This document shows, one piece after another, positions 1-13,270 of a stretch of DNA of 60,000 nt. The stretch is from assembly GCA_964187785.1 (NCBI GenBank), contig OZ076413.1, positions 41,976,001-42,036,000 on the forward strand, in the 5' to 3' direction. The position numbers and the translations under genes were made by a program. The notes beneath the pieces are model-generated. The model was not told the DNA's origin, did not search any database, and worked only from the letters and a program-made list of their open reading frames with translations. The number at the start of each line of letters is the position of its first letter. Position 1 is the stretch's first letter. The stretch is from Amphiscolops sp. MND2022. Its lineage: Eukaryota.

Positions 1-302
1 CCTTATTGCAGTGTTATTTTCTTTAAACATAGAAAAATCAGTAAACATCCAGCAGTAAATCTTGTAGGATTCCACTTCTGCAATTATCTTGAAAATATTT
101 TCCACTTCGTTACCGTCAAGGTCACCATGTATGGTGGGGCGTCACGAAGCAGAATATTCACTAAGCCGAATAAACGAAAGTATTCATTAGGCCGAAAAAA
201 ATGGAAGCATTCACTAAGCCAAAAAATACTTAGCATATTTCTTGTATGGTTCGGTCGCTTCGTTCCTTTCGTCAGGTAGCAACATTGAGGCATGGCCATA
301 TG

Positions 303-422
303 TGTGACATGATGTCAATGATGCACTTACTGCCACTTAAATTACATTTAGCTAATGACAATTTAATACCTGCCAATAGCTATAAACTAAACATCTAGAA
401 GCTGACCTTATCACTTGAACTT
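303..422 (+). repeat. 5' LTR, 3'-truncated
   Basis: Matches the 3' LTR from tgtgacatgatgtcaat to cacttgaactt, then runs directly into gag-like sequence. No LTR end or PBS. Confidence 0.9.
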
Positions 423-459
423 GAAAGTACAAGCTCTTCAAGCGGGGAAATTTTCGGAA

Positions 460-3400
460 GAGCAAATGTCAAATCAGAAAAAACACCAACAAAAAATTAC
501 ATTACCAACGTTCGAGAAACGAGGAATACAGGAAGCAAAGTTATGGTGGAGAAGATTACCCAGTACATCAAGATGACACAAAACATCGACCTTAATGAAA
601 TGACAACGGACCGTGAAATTTTGCCGAACTACAGAGACGATCTGGAACACCGGATCAAAGATTTATTTATATGGGCACTGGGCGAGTCAGCGATAACGGA
701 AATGACAAGAACCGTTAGAGATAAAGATCCAAATATAATGGACATTAATCAACTGTATTCATTTTTCCGGTAACACTTGATACCGGAACGAAATAAATTC
801 CACAGCAGAGCAGGTTTCTCTGGAATAACCAGAGAAAAACATGAAACAGCAGAAGATATGGACTAGAATATTAAAAGTAGGAAAAAAATTGCGGGTTCGA
901 GAACGTGACACCAGCCGAACTAATTGCCTCAAAATTTCTCTCCGTGATTGGACGATCAACTGGCGACTACGAATTGAAGAAGAAAATTCGAAAGAGTGAT
1001 ATGACTATAGAAACTATCACAACATTAATACATGTATGATCGATTAACCGAATCGAACAATTCAAACGATGGAAAAGAAATCAAACACGTACAAGAACGG
1101 CCATAAAAGAGAATGTGGACAGATAAAACCGACCAAGACAAATTGAAGAGACGACCGGAAAATCAAAGATACAAACAACGAGGTAACCGATGTGGACAAT
1201 GCGGCACACCAACCTGGACAAGACAACACATATGCCCGGGGAAAATGGCAGAATACAGAAACTGTAAAAGAAGAAGACACTATGAGAAAATGTTCAGATC
1301 CGCGAAAAGAGTCCAACACATTGAAAAAACAACTTCAACAGCAGAAGAAGACGACTGGGATTACGAAAACATCCAAAGAGTAAACGATAACAAACAAAAG
1401 AAAGATTTCTGTAATGCAGCGTTATTGGTCAACATTGTACTAATAAAATTCATTATAGACAGCGACTCGCCAGTCACAACAAAACCGGAGTGTTTATTCA
1501 ACGATATAACTACAATTAAACCACTCAAGACCACTTACAAAGATGTAAACAAGAAGAAGATTGAATTCACTGGACAAACGAACGCACTGGGGAAAACAAA
1601 TAAAACGACAATCGAACTACCACTACTGATCACGAGAGCAAAAACATCGCCATTAATGGGATTTGAGTGGATGCAACAGCTATAAATCAATTTGAGTTCA
1701 AATAACGAAGCAATTCAAACCCACAATATAAAACTGGACAACAGGGACCAGAAAATATTAAAACTTCAGAACGACTTCAAAGACCTGTTCTACAACAAAG
1801 AGATAAAAAAACTTTTCGGTCAAAGTACATTTAAAAGAAGGGGCACAAATTATACAACAAAAAGGAAGACCAATCCCAATACACTTACAAGATCAAGTGG
1901 CATTAGAACTAAAACGGCTGATCAAACACGAATATCTAGAAAGAGCAACGGAAAATACAGAAAACTGTTTTGTGAGTCCTGCATAGATTACAGTGAAAAA
2001 GATAAATCAATAAAAATTGCCCTTGATTCCAGAAAACTTAACCAAGTCACAATAAAAAGAAAAGCCCAGATGTCAAACATGGAAAAGCTAATTTCACGAA
2101 TATCAAGAAAGATATCCGAAGGAAAAGAAGGCGAAATTACGAATTTAGGCAGATCAAACTGGACGAAAACACAAAAAACCTCTGTATACTTACCGTAACA
2201 GGAGGAGACGTCACTGGATACTACCGTTTCCTGAAAGGATTCTATGGACTGGCAGATATACCAACAATTTTTCAAGAACGGATAGACAGGACACTCGAAC
2301 ACAAACACCCGGCATGGTTGGACGATATCATTATAGTCAGCAAAGGAAGTATCGAAGAACACGAAATGGAAGTACGGGAGACAATGAAAAAATTGGAACA
2401 AGCTGGCTATAGAATAAACCCAAAAAAGTGCAAAGAAAGAAATTGAATGGGTTGGACACAAAATCGACCAGCAAGGAATACGACCACTACAAGACAAACT
2501 AGAAGCAATCACAAAAGTCAACATACCGAAAAACGAAAAAAAATTAAAGTCATTTTTGGAAGCAATTCAATACTTATCAAAGTACATCGAAAAATTGTCA
2601 GCAAACACAAACATACTGAGAAAATTATTGAAGAAACAAAACGAACGGATTTGGACAGACGAACATACGGAAGCATTCAACAAATTAAAAGAAGGCATAA
2701 CCAAAATTCCATGCTTGGCACACCACAACGCCCAAAACAAAAAGATCGTAATCACAGACGCCAGTACCAAAGGATTGGGGGCAACGCTATGCTCTATGGA
2801 AGAAACAAAAAGATGGAAATCTAAAACCAGTCGGATTTGCAAGCAGATATTTATCGGATACAGAAAAGAAGTACGCGATAAACGAATTAGAATAACTGGC
2901 TGTGGTGTGGGGATTGGAATTTTTCCGATTATACATATACGAAAAGCTAATTGAATTATTAACAGATCATCAAGCGCTAGAACCATTGATAAAAAGAAAC
3001 AGATCAAACAAAACATATAATGCAAGACTGACAAGATGGTTGGATCGATTAGCTCATTTCGACATAAATATAAAACACATTGCCGGAACACATCTAGCAC
3101 TTACGGATTATCTGAGCCCCAATCCAATATCAAAGCCAGAATCAATTGAAAATTACGAAGAAGAGTACGTAATAAATTGCATAATACCATTACTCGAGTT
3201 CATCAACAATTATGGCAGCGTCACCAGAAAAAAAACTGAAGCGCGAACGGAACAATTCGAGCAGCGTGAACAAAATACAAACCAATCAGAGACTCGCAAA
3301 ACGAACGAACTGAAGCCAAAAGCAAACGCACAACACAAGCGCAGTTCATTACTACCTCATTCAAATACAGTCAGTCATGTTAATACAAACGAGAATCAAT

Positions 3401-5513
3401 TCAAACAAAAAACTACAATGGATATTAGACGCATTGAACAAATTAAACGTGGAGACCCGTCGGAAGAAACACTAACTCTAATCAACCAATGAAAAGAACT
3501 GGTAAAACCGGAAAAATACAGAACCTCCAAAGGCGTCTGGACAAATACAATCTCCCGAAACAACACCGCGCAGAAATAAAAAGAATCGAAATGACTCTAA
3601 ATCAGAAAATAAATCGTCTACTCTGGGATAGAATGAAAAAACACAGCAAGGAATCAGAAGACGAAATATCGAGAAGAGAAGAACTACACAGAGTGATTGA
3701 AAAAACAAGAAACACGCCAAAGAAGAATTATGAAAAACAAACCAGAACAAGCAGAGAAACAAGAGAAAATAGCGAATCACCGGACACAATGGAAACAGCA
3801 TCAACAAGCTCTAACGATTCAATTGGAGTACCAGCAATCAACTGTAAAAGATATTTGGGCGCAACTGGAGTACGCTAAATTCAAATGGGCCAGGCCAAGC
3901 CAGCCACGTCCAAGACAACAACACAAGGACTTGGAAGAAACAATTCGGCAGGCAGAACAAAAATTTACCACCGACCTAAAGACAATTGCCACTGAGACAA
4001 CAAATGATGATACACTATTGAAAAATTTAGCATGCCTGTAACACCGATCAATTGACCAAATACCAGAGGAGTACAGTCAATACCGAAAGCAGCTATCAAC
4101 ACGGTTCGGTGTAGTCTTTTTCGAGGACCGGATCATCATCCCAAAATCACTACAAAACACAATAATTATGCTGCTACACAAGGGACACGCGGCCATCAAC
4201 AAGATGACTACAGCTGCTAAACCATTTTGTTGGCCCAAAATGTCAAAGGACATACAACAAAAATGGCCGGTAAGAATTTCAAACCAGATTTACCTATGAC
4301 TGAAATAAATTAATTACCGCCCGCGGAAAATAACAACCAAGAAATTTAATTGGACTCTATCGGCCCAATAAGATTTAAGCACCGGAGATTCTTTATATTA
4401 ATCTCAATAGACCGGTATAGTAGATGGCCAGCAGCAAGTATATGCGAAACACCCACAGGAAAATCAGCCATAAACGTTTTGAAAAATTACGTTCCAATAA
4501 ACGGACTACCACAAATATTCCGAACGAATAAAGGGACCGCCTTTACCGGGAGAGAATTCCGAGATTTTTGTATGTCCCTAAACATAAAATTAAAATACGA
4601 GAGACCGCACATACAGACTCCTACGGGATTGGTAGAAAGAGGCATAAAAACGATAAAAGACTACCTAAGGACTAATCTAGAAGAAGGACACAACATAAAA
4701 CGAAGAGTTAAACCGTTCATTGAATACCATGCGAACTACGGCCCATTCTTGCATAAAAGAAACACCGTTCGAACGTCACTACGGTAGAAAACCAAGAACG
4801 GAATTACACAACTATTTAAATATATCACCCAATAAATTTTATACTGTTTCAGAAAAACCAGAGACTCTACAAGTCTACTCGTTTACCAACAAAAACGGAC
4901 AGCACGACCAATTGGTGATGAAGGCACCCCGAAAACTGAAAGAAGGTGTGAGTAATAAATTTCTATATCTTTTTCAAGAAAAGAAACAAACCAAAGATAA
5001 ATTCGAAAGTGTCCACGAAAGAGAACCACAGGTAGTAATATCGGGTAAAAAACACACAACATTACCAAATGAAAATAAAACAAAACATAGAAAAAAAAAC
5101 GAGTGAACCGATAAATCCACTATTTCAGAATCCCCTATCACGAAGGGGGGAAACCCGAGGAGAATCGACGGAAGATTCATCAAGACAGAACAAAAAGACA
5201 CAGAACACACAGAAAGATGCAGTACACCAATACTGAAGAAAATGTACTAGACAATACACTGGAGATGGAAAACACAACAAGTACCCCAGTGTGTGGAAGA
5301 GGCAGAAAAAAGTTGATTCGAAACAGAAACAGTCCAATAACACCCGGAAAGAGCGACCAAACAATGACCCCAATAACCGAAGACGATCCAAACATAATTA
5401 CAGTGGTCGACCAAAACGGTAATACTAATTTAATAAAAACTGAAATGATCGAAAATATAAATACAAACGAAAACCAAAATGAACCAATCACAAGAACTTC
5501 AGCCAGACTATGA
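460..5513 (+). pseudogene. gag-pol pseudogene with many stops and frameshifts
   Basis: CGQCG..HICP knuckle, protease FIIDSDSPVT, RT IALDSRKLN and WLDDIII (2315-2335), RNase H ITDAST and LLTDHQAL, integrase IDRYSRWP / KGTAF / GLVERGI in broken frames. Confidence 0.92.
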
Positions 5514-5813
5514 TCGACAAATCCAATAAACAGATATGGAAACCCAATCATATACTGACTATTACAGGTAACACCGTTGACAAACAATTTGCTGAGGGTC
5601 GCCAGTGAAGAAGAAAGAAAACGAGGGACGGAAAAAGAGCTTTTGTGGACGAGAGAACAACCGTCTAAGAAGAAAAATAAAGCGATTACGAAAGATACCG
5701 TGATTAAAACAAACAAAAACAATTCGACAATTCGGTGCTCACTGTATAACCGTTTTAAATTTAAGTTTTGTGCCTTCGTACTTAATGTACCATTTATGTT
5801 GTAAGAGGGGGAG

Positions 5814-6006
5814 TGTGGCATGATGTCAATCATGCACTTACTGCCACTTAACTTACATTTAGCTAATGACAATTTAATACCTGCCAATAGCTATAAACGG
5901 AACATCTAGAAGCTGGCCTATTCACTTGAACTTTATTATATTACAGTACGGAATAGAACATTCAAATTAACATTCTTTTATTGAAACATTATCAAGGAAT
6001 ACAACA
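5814..6006 (+). repeat. 3' LTR (193 bp)
   Basis: Begins tgtggcatgatg immediately after the PPT, ends acaaca, followed by TSD ATATG. Confidence 0.93.
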
Positions 6007-6177
6007 ATATGGCACATTACTCCGCTTCGATCCTGCATTTAGGGCACTAGGAGTATGTGAACATAGCTGACTAGAGGAAATTGAAATTTTTTTAAATCCT
6101 TGAACGGACTCGTTCCTGTCCGCCCGCGTCAGCTAATCAGATTGCAGAGAATTATAGAGTTCTATGTATGTGTTTTT

Positions 6178-6466
6178 AGTCGGCACTTTTCTAGGGAAAC
6201 GTGCCCGACTCTTACAGTGGCTAGTTTTTTTTCTTTTATTTTGGTCAGACTACAATCTCACTCTGATTGGGCCACTTTTCTTACAATCGAAACTACTAGC
6301 ATAAGGCCAAATCCGGTCAGCGGAAATTAGTGCAAAAGGGTCCCCCCTTTCATTTTTTTACTTTTTTACCGTAACCTACAAAACCGGACGAGACTAAAAT
6401 GTTCGATTTTTTTTGCGCACTTTGAGCCTTAGATATAGCGCCGACTTTAGACGTTCCCGTCTTGTT
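6178..6466 (+). mobile_element. Helentron-type non-autonomous repeat (HINE/DINE-1-like), short copy
   Basis: 5' agtcggcac...gtgcccgact hairpin after a T-run; 3' gcgccgact, agacg-ttcc-cgtct stem-loop and CTTGTT end. Confidence 0.65.
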
Positions 6467-7512
6467 CAGTTTAGTGAATACTTTCGTTTTTTCGGCTTAG
6501 TGAATATTCTGCTTCGTGGGAAGCCCCCACTTGTATTTACATTATTTCTCAAATACTCATCTGATTTGATCAACGAAGGCCGTTCAAACAGCACGCTGGA
6601 TATGACGCTAATTTGGTGTTTTTAATGTGACTGAAGTTGTTTTGCATTAAAATGGTCGCAAATTTGTTAACAAGAAGCTGCTTTCAAAAATAAAACCCTA
6701 TGCTTTTCGAAACCTGCAAAACTTGAAATTGTTGCCAAACTTTGGATGGATCATTGAGCTTGATAAAAACCGAATACCACAGGGAACATTTTCGCATGAA
6801 AGTTTCTGTAAGAATTTTTGGAAAATTTGCTTACATTTTTTCAAAGCTTTACAAACTTTGAAGAATATGTAAAATGTTCAAACAATTTCAACAAGCGTGG
6901 TATAAAAAATGCAAAAATTTGAAGATAATGTTGATTGTGATTACTTCTGTAGCGTTTGCATAAGAGGTGGAACCTTTTCCATTACACCATTATTATATCG
7001 AGAAATCTTCTCATTGTATACTCCCATCAAAATAAACGCTTCACAATTTTCTTGTGAACATCACTTGGGCACAAAACTGGCTGACCAAATGAAAAAGCAA
7101 CTCAACTTTTGTTACGCACTCTCATCAAGATTTCATTTCTGGGGCTGAAAACAACAGATTAGGTAGTGGCCACGTACTTTTGACATCTGTTAGTCAAGTC
7201 CTGAAACGTTGAACCGCAATTATTAAATGACGGCGACGGTAAAAATTGTATTGAAATCTTACGGGAATCTGCCTTTCGGAGAACAGTATTCCATCAGTGA
7301 AGCATGAACCATCCATCACCAGTAGCCGCATAGTTTGTTAACATCGCTATTATAAACCGCGGCTAGTATGCCAACAAAGTTAGTGAGCGAGTTGGGATTG
7401 CATGTTCAAGGTACGAAAGAAGCAAAGAGTTATGGACCTGAAACCCGAGTCTTCTACCTACCAATGAAATAAAATAACCAACGGCGCAACTCAGCCGTTT
7501 CAAACTGTTCCT

Positions 7513-7786
7513 AGTAGTAGGCTATTTCCCGATATAAGCCCATAAAAAATAAAAAAAAATAACATCAAAAAAACCAAAATCATCTAAAATTAACGTTTTT
7601 TTACCGTAATAAAAAAAATGTTAAAAAACAAAATGTTTTCAAGGTAAATCAATTAAAAATTAACGTTTTTTTCCGTAATCAAAAAGTGTTAAAGAATAAC
7701 ATGTTTTCAAGGCAAATCACGCAAAACGTCAGCGAAGCTGTATCTAAAATTAACGTTTTTTTTCATACCTAACTGTTAAAAAATAA
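7513..7786 (+). repeat. Polinton left TIR; an extra internal copy of its subunits continues to ~7980
   Basis: agtagtaggctatttcccgatataagcccata... is the reverse complement of 36723-36992; repeated AAAATTAACGTTTTT units. Confidence 0.93.
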
Positions 7787-8097
7787 TATCAAAAAACCAA
7801 AATCATCTAAAATTAACGTTTTTTTTCAAAAAAATGTTACCGTAAAAAAATGTTACCGTAATTTTAAAAAATGTTAAGAAATAACATATTTTCAAGGTAA
7901 TTCACACCGAAGGAGCTCCGCTTGCAAAACGCCAGTGAAGCGGTATCTAAAATTAACGTTTTTTTCACAACTAACTTTTAAAATTTTCTCACCTTGAACC
8001 CACAGGTGAGAAAAATAAAAACATTTTTTCACCAATTTTTTGAAAAATTATAATTGAAAAATATTTAATTAAACTTTTTCTTCTTTAATAAATAGAA

Positions 8098-11000
8098 ATG
8101 GAATATTGTAATATTTGTGGTTTATATTATAAAAAAGTTTTCAAATCCTCTGAATATCTGGCGTATCCAAATATAAATATCTCAGATAAAAGTTCTCATT
8201 TGAATTCAGATGAACATAAAAATAAAAATAAAAAAGTATGGTGTGAAGAATGTGGTAAATACATAACAGATAAAACAAGACATTTCCAAAGTGAAATTCA
8301 TTTACAAAACCGTCAACAAAACGGTACAGCTTTGCTGCCTTCCAGTACAGCTTTGCTGCCCTCTGGTAATGGAGTAAAAATAATCATGAGTGAAAATACA
8401 TACATTAAAGTGAAAGTAAATCCAACTGAAAATCTTGAACACAACATAACTGAATTACTTAGTAAAAGTTACTTTCCCCGATTTAAATATCAATTGAGTT
8501 ATCTAGCTAAATTTTCAAAAATAGTCAATGGAGAAGAAGAAGTATTTAAAAGATGGATAAAATCAGATTTAATATATAACAATAGTACGCAACAAGAAAT
8601 TCATAACAAATTAATGCAGAAAATAGATGATGAACAATTGGAAGGATCAGGATTTCAATTTCAAGAAATAGAAGAAGTTTCATCAGAAATATATAAAGTT
8701 AGAGATATTCAAGCATCTTCATACATTGAGTTACCAGGAAAACATAAGGATAGTAAATCATTTATAAATATAACGAATAATGATCAATATTGTTTTTTAT
8801 GGTGTATCCTAGCATATTTATATCCTGTTGAGGATCATAAAGATAGAACATCAAAATATTTAATGCATGAGAATAAACTCAATCTAAAAGGATTGGAATT
8901 CCCTATGAAAGTCAAAGACATTCCCAAATTTGAAAGACTTAATAAATTGAATATCAGAGGTCTTGATATAAATGTATTTGAACTCACTGGAAATGTTTCA
9001 ACACCAATTTATATCAACGAAAATTACAAACAACCACAAATCGATTTATTATTATATAAAAATCATTATTGTTTAATTACAAAGTTACATTGTTTAATAA
9101 ATAAAGATTCACACATGAAACATGTTTGTAGAAGATGTTTTACTGCATTTTATTCAAACGATGTTCTAAACAACCACATAGAAAGATGTATAAATCAACA
9201 ACCAAAATAATATCACATTCAGTTGGAAGAATCAGTTAAAGTTTGAAAATTATTATATGAAAGTTCCTGTACCAATAAGAGTATATGCAGATTTTGAATG
9301 TATTAATCAACCTCAAAAAGACCCCAAAGTATTATTTAAACAAATTCCAATTGCAGTAGGTTTTTATGTAATTTCACCATTTGGAAACAAGTACAGCTCA
9401 TACTTTGGAACAGATTGTACCAAGTGGTTTGTAAAGGAAATGTTAAAATTAGAACTAGAAGCAAATAAATATTTTAAAACAAACGTAGAATTACAAATAA
9501 CTCCTGAAGAAGAAGAATCATTTCAACAATTCACCATATGCTGGCTCTGTGAAAATTCACTCGATAATACCGAAGGCGTTTTGTGTACAAAGGTTAGAGA
9601 TCATGATCATCTAACAGGAAAATACAGAGGAGCAGCTCATAATATATGTAACATAAATTGTAAACAAAAGTCATCAAGTTTTGTTCCTATATTTTTCCAT
9701 AACTTTTCTGGGTATGATTGTCATCTTATATTTGAAGAACTTTTAACCGAAGCATACAATCAAATGTATAATCCAACAATAATTCCAAAATCACTGGAAA
9801 ATTATGTTAGTGTACAAGTAGGTTGTTTGAGATTCTTAGATTCATACCGATTACTTTTTTCTAGTTTAGATAAATTAGTTAAGAGTTTAGACAATTTTCC
9901 TATCATGAAATTGGAAGGAATGAGTGATGATTTATTCAAAAAAAAATTAGCTTATCCATATGAACACTTAAATCTTGATAACTTTCAGGAACCATTAAAT
10001 CTAACCAAAGAAGATTATTGGTCAACATTAACACAATCTTATCCATCAGATGATGATATAAAAAGAACCCAAGAATTAATTGATAAAAATAAAATTAAAA
10101 ATGGAAGAGAATTAACAATGATATATTTAAAAATGGACGTTCTACAATTAGCTGATGTATTCGAAAACTTGGTGGAAAGTTCTACACGAGAATATAAAAT
10201 TAATCCTTTGTATAGTTACTCTCTACCTGGTTTTACATGGAAAGCAGGTTTGAAGTTGACTGATATAAAGTTAGACTTCATAAAAGATAAAAACCGTCTG
10301 TTACTACTTGAAAATAATATCCGTGGAGGAATTTCAAGTGTTATGGGTGATCGTCACGTGCAATCTGATGAAAATAAACAAATCTTATACATTGATGCAA
10401 ATAATCTATATGAATGGGCAATGAGTCAATATCTTCCTACTGGCGAATTCGAAATATTACCTATTAATCCGTGTACTCACACAGATAATTACAATCTAGA
10501 GCAATTAGTAGAAGATTTATAACAAATACCTGATGATAACGAATATGGATTCTTTATAGAATGTGATTTAGAATATCCTGTTGAAATTAAAGAAAAAACA
10601 AAAAAAATTCCTTTTTGTCCGTATCAAACAAAAGCAGATCCAAACTTATTCTCAGGTGATATGAATAATGTAAATCAACCTAATTACAAACCAACATCAA
10701 AACTTATGTGTGATGTAACCAATAAATCGAAATATATGATACATTATAGGATGTTTAAGTTTTATCTTAACCAAGGGATGAAAGTAAGAAGATACATACT
10801 ATCTATAAGTTTAAACAAACAAAGTCCATGGTTAGGTAAATATATCGATAATAATACTCAGAAACGCACGGTAGCGAAAACAAACTTTGAAAAGGATCTT
10901 TATTATTAATGAACAATGCTTTCTTCGGCAAGACAATGGAAAAAGTAAGAGATAGAACCAATCTAGAATTTATTGATCATTCTCAAATAGATCAAATAAT

Positions 11001-11853
11001 AAAAAGACAATCCAAGTTAAGTTTCAAAGGCATTGTGGATCATTATTCTAAGTTTAGTGTGTACAAGTTTGATAAAGAAAAAACAGTCTTTGATAAACCA
11101 ATTTATTTGGGGTTCTCTGTGTTAGAATTAAGTAAACTATTATTGTATGAATTTTATTATCATACTTTAGAACCATATTGGAAACAATCCATACAACTAC
11201 ACTACATGGATACTGATAGTTTTATTCTGAGTTGTGATACAAACCACCAAGAACTAATAAACTTTTTACAAGAAAACAAAGATGAGTTTGATATCAGTGA
11301 CTTACACCCAAGTGATGAATTATATGATCCTATTACCAAGAAAGTTATAGGAAAAATGAAAATTGAAACAAGTCCAGTTTTGGTGTTAGATACCTTCACA
11401 GCATTGCGATCAAAGTCGTATTCTTTTAGTTACAATAGTATCATTCAAAAAGCGAAACAAAAAGGAATACAAAAAGCTCCCAAATGTGAAGAATATCAGA
11501 ATTCATTGTTTAATTCAGAAACATCAAGTTCTACAAATATATCAATTAGATCTAATTTACACAACCTTACAGTTGAAAAACAACCTAAGTTGTGTTTGAA
11601 TCCTTTTGATGATAAACGTTTGTATATAAATCCAATACAAAGTTTACCATGGGATAAACACACACAAAAAGGTGATTGTCCTTGTATAAATTGTTTGAAA
11701 TTAATTGGTTTGTATTATAAAGATTTAACTATAAATGATAATGGTAGCAAGAAAACAGATGAAGAAATTTATTTGAATATTTGGTACCAAAAAGAAAATC
11801 TAACCCATCAACAACTTGTGAAGTTGATAAGTGATCGAGCACATGTTTTATAG
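8098..11853 (+). pseudogene. Protein-primed family B DNA polymerase (pPolB), split into 4 ORFs
   Basis: Exonuclease motifs VYADFEC and FFHNFSGYD; endonuclease VII-like VRDHDHLTGKYRGAAHNICN; polymerase motifs YIDANNLY, NNAFFGKTME, YMDTDS; N-terminal C2H2 fingers. Breaks near 9210, 10522 and 10909. Confidence 0.95.
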
Positions 11854-11860
11854 TTATATT

Positions 11861-13270
11861 TGTGATAATTCTCTTCATCGGATTCTTCGTTAAAGATGAC
11901 TGTTGCATCTACTGTTGTATCATTTTGGTGTATAGGTTTAGCGGGATGCCTTAAATCTCTCATTTCTGAGGCTTTGAGGGGGATATCTTCGCTTTCAGAG
12001 TCTATACTTTCGTTATCAGATGCGTTAACTCCCATAGACTTTTTACCTTTGGATCCCGATGGTTGCATGCTTTCTATTTCATTCATCTCAGTTCTAGGAT
12101 TAGTTGTCATAGATGTGCTTTTACTGGTTTTTATCTCCATCAGAATCGCATCTAATTTGTTCTCCATTTCTTCTCTCATTTTAGTGATTCTATCGTTGTT
12201 TTTCTGTTCAAAAATCTCGGTCCAAGCTTGAATTTCATTACTGACTTGGCTGGGTTCAACTAGTCTGGGTCTCAAATCAGTTTCACCTAAACTTTCTTGA
12301 CTTTGTAAATTAACATTAGTTAAAGTTTCTTTACCTTGACTTGGGGTTCCTATGCGTACTTCGCTTGTTTCTCTCTCCGGGGACGGAGTTTCTAACCTTC
12401 TGGACCTTCGATTTCTTCTATTTCCCATCTTGCTCAAGAGGAAAATTGGGTTGAAGTGCAGAAAGAATTTGAATTTATTCGTCAATGTTGTGAAAACAAT
12501 TCGGGTGAAACAAAGAGTTATCAAGGAAACTGCTTTTACAGTGTTTGGGTTTATTGTTACAGAACAACTGTCTCTGGTACCAGTTATATTTCAACTGAAG
12601 TGAAACTGCACTTTTTTTGATGAAAAAAATCACAAAGTATGACACTCAATTTTAGGGTCGTCATCGATCCAAAAATACTATAAATAGACTGACGTCAGGG
12701 TGACGTAATTCTATTTATAACTTACAAATAGTAATTGCATGACTTCCAATAATCTAACTATGCTAAAGCAACAAGTCCCTGGGAAACTGCTGAATGCCGC
12801 ACATACGTCATCCAGTTTTCCGCATAGTGACGTATGATCAAAGCTTATTAAAAGCACCAATAAAACATGTTATAAGTTAGAATCCGCATGGTACCGCATA
12901 TGCGTTACCCGGATTACCGCATAATGACGCATACTCATCGTTACTAAACTCACGCAGCAAAGTGTCAATGGCGTTATGTTCACAAAATTAGTTCAGAAAA
13001 GACGTCACGTTATTCTAGCTCCGTAGTTAATGAGTACATATGTTCATTCATGTCAACAAAATGAAAGCATCAATGTTTAAGGCATTTGTCAAAGCGTAAA
13101 CATCAAACTATAAGATTAAAGAGTTTGCATGACTTTTTCAAAGTATCAACTGAAAATTAAATCAACATAAATAACAAAAGGAAGTTAAGAACGTTTAAGA
13201 GTTTCAAGTCCTCGAGTTGTTTTTGGGTTTTTTTGGAGATGACTAAGTATTATCGTGTGGGGTTGTGACA
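11861..13270 (-). repeat. 3' LTR (1410 bp), containing a copy of the gag N-terminus
   Basis: Near-identical to 26111-27436; has ~119 bp (12899-13016) absent from the other LTR and lacks ~35 bp near its end. Confidence 0.95.

Larger units (their letters stand above)
303..6006 (+). mobile_element. Degenerate Ty3/Gypsy LTR retrotransposon (Mag-like gag with tandem Cys/His knuckles)
   Basis: TG...CA termini, 5-bp TSD ATATG (298-302 and 6007-6011), PPT aagagggggag at 5803-5813, domain order gag-PR-RT-RH-INT. Confidence 0.95.
134..6530. mobile_element. Small TIR (MITE-like) element interrupted by the Gypsy insertion and a Helentron-like repeat
   Basis: 134-186 (gtggggcgtcacgaagcagaatattcactaagccgaataaacgaaagtattca) is an imperfect inverted copy of 6475-6530. 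No TSD identified. Confidence 0.6.

Noticed and set aside
1062..5887. Minus-strand ORFs over the first Gypsy
   Set aside because: Phe/Leu/Val-rich shadow frames of an A-rich coding strand.
11808..12524. Independent 238-aa gene
   Set aside because: It is the gag N-terminus duplicated in the 3' LTR.
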